The notes beneath the pieces are model-generated. The model had not been told where the DNA came from and ran no database searches. It was given only the letters and a program-made list of their open reading frames with translations. This document shows, piece after piece, positions 60,590 through 64,000 of a stretch of 64,000 nucleotides of DNA. The position numbers and the translations under genes were made by a program. Position 1 is the first letter of the stretch; every line of letters starts with the position of its first letter. Origin of the DNA: Raja brachyura (Eukaryota); the NCBI GenBank assembly GCA_963514005.1, contig OY740827.1, positions 2,418,001-2,482,000 of the forward strand, given 5' to 3'.

Positions 60590-61310
60590 AAGGTTAGACA
60601 CAAAATGCTGGATTAACTCAGTGGGACAGGCAGCAACTCTGGAGAGAAGGAAGGGGTGACATGTCGAGTCGAGACCCTTCTTCAGGCCGTGTCAGAGGAG
60701 AGGGGGATACAGAGATAAGGAAGTGCAAGGTATGAAAAGGAGACAAAGGGGACAGAACAAAATGTAGAATTGTTAACTAGGAGAAGGTGACAACAAATCA
60801 AAGATAAAATATAATTGAGGACAATCAGACTGGTCAGAGAATTGGGAAGAGGGGAGGGGTTGGAGAGAGAGGGAAAGCAAGGGTTACTTTAAGTTAGAGA
60901 AGTAAATATTCAATATCAGGCAAGGTTATTTGGAGTATTATGTGTGGTTCTGATCATCCCACTACTGGAAGGATGTGGAGGCTTTGAAGGTTTTTACCAG
61001 AATGCAGCACGGATTAGAGGTCAGTATTAATTTTAAACCAGGGATTGAGAAAGTTCTGTGTAGGAAGCAATTGCAGATGGTGGTGTAAAGGGAAGATAGA
61101 CAAAAAGAAGGCTGGAGTAACTCAGCGAAACAGGCAGCATCTCTGGAGAGAAGGAATGGGTGACAGGCCATTATTAGCTGTTTGTTGGGTGGAAACGAGA
61201 AATTGGTGTAACTAGGGAGGGATGGAGAGAGAAGGAATGCCGGGGTTACTTTATGTTCGAGAAATCCATATTCATACCACTGGGCTGCAAGCTGCCCAAG
61301 CAAAATATTG
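60590..61310 (-). mobile_element. Penelope-like fragments (two) with CR1 remnants
   Basis: Reverse-complement terminal repeats and LGSLQPSGMNMDF. Confidence 0.7.
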
Positions 61311-61879
61311 CTGATACTCTATAAGGCGCTGGTCAAGCCACATTTGGAGGAAACTAACAGTCCCTATACCTCCTAAAATCCCTAAAGTTCTGTTAGTCGA
61401 GGATATTCAGGAGTCCTGAGGGGAATTGAGTACAAAGAGTGGTACATTGGGATGTAGCTGTGCATCTTGTTGGTGAGACCACACTTGGAGTAATCTGTGC
61501 AGTTCTGGTCACCCAGCTATTGGAAGGGTGTCATTAAATTGGAAAGGATGCAGAAGAGATTCACATGGACAATACCTGTGTTTGCAGGTTTGAGTTATTG
61601 GAAATGGTTGGATCAGTTGACATGTTTTTCTTTGAGGTGTGTGAGGCTGAGGGAGTGACCTTATTGAAGTGACAAGATCACCAGGGGCATGGATGCAATG
61701 AACATACGCAGAATTCTTCCCAGAGAAGAGGGGTTTAAAATTAGAGGCCACAGACATTGTCATCTATTGTGTCTCTATTGAAGAATGTCTGCAGGGGAAA
61801 GGCTGGGACGTTCAGGCCAGTGAGCTTAACACCTGTGGTTGGAAAGTTACTGAAGGGTATTCTGCGGGATAGGATATAC

Positions 61880-63124
61880 AATATCAAGAAGCTAATATAG
61901 CACACTCATTTGTCTTTTGTACAAAAATTCAAACATTTTGGACTGAAATTTTTGAAATTTTCACAAAAATATTTAAAATAAAACTGACTCCAAAAGCAGA
62001 CTGGATTATCTTCGGGATATTGGAAGATAGTCCTGAATTAAATGTGTTTCAAAAGACTCTATTTGAATATAGCTTAATAACTGGAAAAAAGCTAATCTTA
62101 AAATTCTGAAAAAGTACTCCTATACCAACAGTTAATATGTGGATTTCAACCATGTTCGAAATACTACACTTGGAAGATATGACACTCCGACTAGCAGGAA
62201 AATCAGACTCTTTCTATAAGACGTGGTCTGCATTTATAAATCTATTACAAGGATAAGGTGCATGAATACCTCAAAAAAGTACCGGCGTCGGGTCTTGGTA
62301 AAGGGGGAAGAAAAACTGTCGAGTTGGTAGATTCCTTTTGCAAGAATAGTTTGGTGACTACTGGACAGTTGACGGCACGGTTAAGACGGCACCCGGGAAA
62401 GGCTGGGTTAGCACCCCAGTCTTTGTCTTTCGTGAGAAAGACACCCAACAAAGCTACGGAAAGGCCTAATGAACCATCGTGGCCTAAACATTCATCAGGC
62501 GAGAATGAAATGCTCGGAGAAGGAGAAAGAGGTGCAGCGAGCGCACAGGCCTTGAACCTGGTGAGACGCAGGAGGAGCCCGGCCGGGAGTCACCCCACAG
62601 AGCCCAGTCCCTCCATGCACTAGAGTCTCCCAACCCCTGCAGAGTAGTTATTAAGATGGCTGATCCGTGGGCGGTTGCTGCTGGGACGCAAGTCGGGGCC
62701 TGATCAACCCCAGCTGGGTCGCCTGGGCGAGGGTGTCTGATGTTGTGAGACCCGAAACACCCGATGACCCCAGGTCACATCACTGAGGATGCGTCCCAGC
62801 GCATCTAGAAGATGTATATTTTACACATTTGGCGAGATAATTGGCTTTCCTTTTTTCTTTCTCTTTCTTTCCCTTTTTCATTTTTTTTCCTCTCCAGGGT
62901 CTATCTCTTAATCTCCGGTCTCTAACTCTTCAAGGGTTTCCTTTCCCTCTGTCACGCTTTTGCACTTTCACATCTCTTTTTCACTCTTCCACCTTCTTTG
63001 CTGTAATTTCTCTCTTTTCTAAAGCCTTAAAAAAATTAAGGGGTACAATGACTGTAATACAATATAAGGGATGTACACTGATGTAACTTACGGTACCTCT
63101 AATAAATGAAGATATTAAAAAAAA
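61880..63124 (+). mobile_element. L1-clade LINE 3' end, interrupted by a HERO derivative
   Basis: ANIAHSFVFCTKIQTFWTEIFEIF... is homologous to 250-620; AATAAA and A tail at about 63101-63124. Confidence 0.8.
62358..62827 (+). mobile_element. Internally deleted HERO-like non-LTR element
   Basis: N-terminal RGLNIHQARMKC...PGETQEEPGRESPHRAQSLH is joined to C-terminal ADPWAVAAGTQVGA* and the 3' UTR; flanks TTTGGTGA and TTTGGCGA. Confidence 0.65.
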
Positions 63125-63129
63125 GGATA

Positions 63130-64000
63130 TACATGTGTTTAGCTGGACAAGGGCTGCTTTGGGATGGTCAACATGGTTTTGTATATGGGAGGTTGTGTCA
63201 AAAAAGTTCAAAGAGGGCAGAGCTGTAGACGTATTTAAGGATTTCAGTAAGGCGTCCAACAAGGTTCCGCATGGTAGGCTGCTCTGGAAGGTTAGCTTGC
63301 ATGGGATCCAAGGAGATCATTAGCATAAAATCATACATGATAGGAGCAGAATTCGGTCATTCGGCCCATCCAGTCTACTCCACCATTCAATCATGGCTGT
63401 TCTATCTCTCCCTCCTAACTCCATTCTACTGCCTTCTTCCCATACCCTTCGACACCCATATTAATCAGGAATCAATCTATCTCTTCTTTAAATATATCCA
63501 CTGACTTGGCCTCCACAGCCTCCTGTGGCAGAGACCGATGGATGGATAGAAAATAGACACAAAGTGCTGGAGTAACTCAGCGGGGCAGGCAGCATCTCTG
63601 GAGAGAAGAAATGGGTGACGTTTCGGGTCGAGAAAATCGGCTTCATGGAAGGAAGCAGAGCGTGATGGTGGAAGGTTGTTTATCGGACTGGCGGCCTGTG
63701 ACTAGTGGCGTGCCTCGGGGTTCGGTGCTGGGCCCATTGCAGTTTGTCACCTGTATCAATGATTTGACTGAGAATGTACACAGCAAGCTTGCAGACGACA
63801 CAAAAGTTGGTGAAGATGGTTGGCAAAAAATTGCAGCAGGATCTTGATCAGTTGAGATGGGCTGAGTAATGGTTGATGGAATTTAATCCCAAGAGGATTG
63901 GAGAAGGTTACATGGTCAAATAGAAACAAGGCTGCAAACTGAAACATCCAGCAATGTTAACTGGAAGGAACCAGAGGGGTGAGATCTGATTTAAAGCAGT
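63130..64000. mobile_element. CR1 RT fragments with nested CR1 tail and Penelope repeat
   Basis: [29 protein letters not shown] and ADDTKV motifs. Confidence 0.85.

Overview
Repeat-dense vertebrate genomic DNA, most likely from a cartilaginous fish (skate/ray-like; inferred from HE1-type tRNA SINEs, CR1, Rex1 and Penelope content). The one host gene is a Siglec-family (CD22/MAG/sialoadhesin-like) Ig receptor on the + strand. It has a signal-peptide exon (36208-36247), a V-set exon with the sialic-acid-binding Arg (51573-51941) and two C2-type exons (54483-54776, 60169-60450), and it continues past the window. A tandemly triplicated promoter/non-coding-exon module lies upstream (about 18.6-25.3 kb). 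The most striking content is a cluster of five DIRS1-type tyrosine-recombinase retrotransposon segments. One is near-intact (38924-43688: gag, RT/RNaseH/methyltransferase-like, YR, perfect ITR/ICR). Two are decayed copies of a different family that keep near-perfect ends shared with the intact one, and two form a rearranged head-to-head pair. All reconstructable insertions cross over at an ATT trinucleotide. The intact element has an HIV-type U_UUU_UUA slippery site at the gag/pol overlap and a candidate intron that would supply the ATG-less recombinase ORF with a start codon. Also present: an internally deleted class I ERV (two copies of the same deletion junction), a solo LTR, a Gypsy element, L1/Tx1/Rex1/CR1/HERO/Penelope fragments, Harbinger MITEs, a U2 snRNA retrocopy, a P-like excision footprint, and a DNA transposon with a Tudor-like mini-gene. 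All family assignments come from motif recognition, without database searches.
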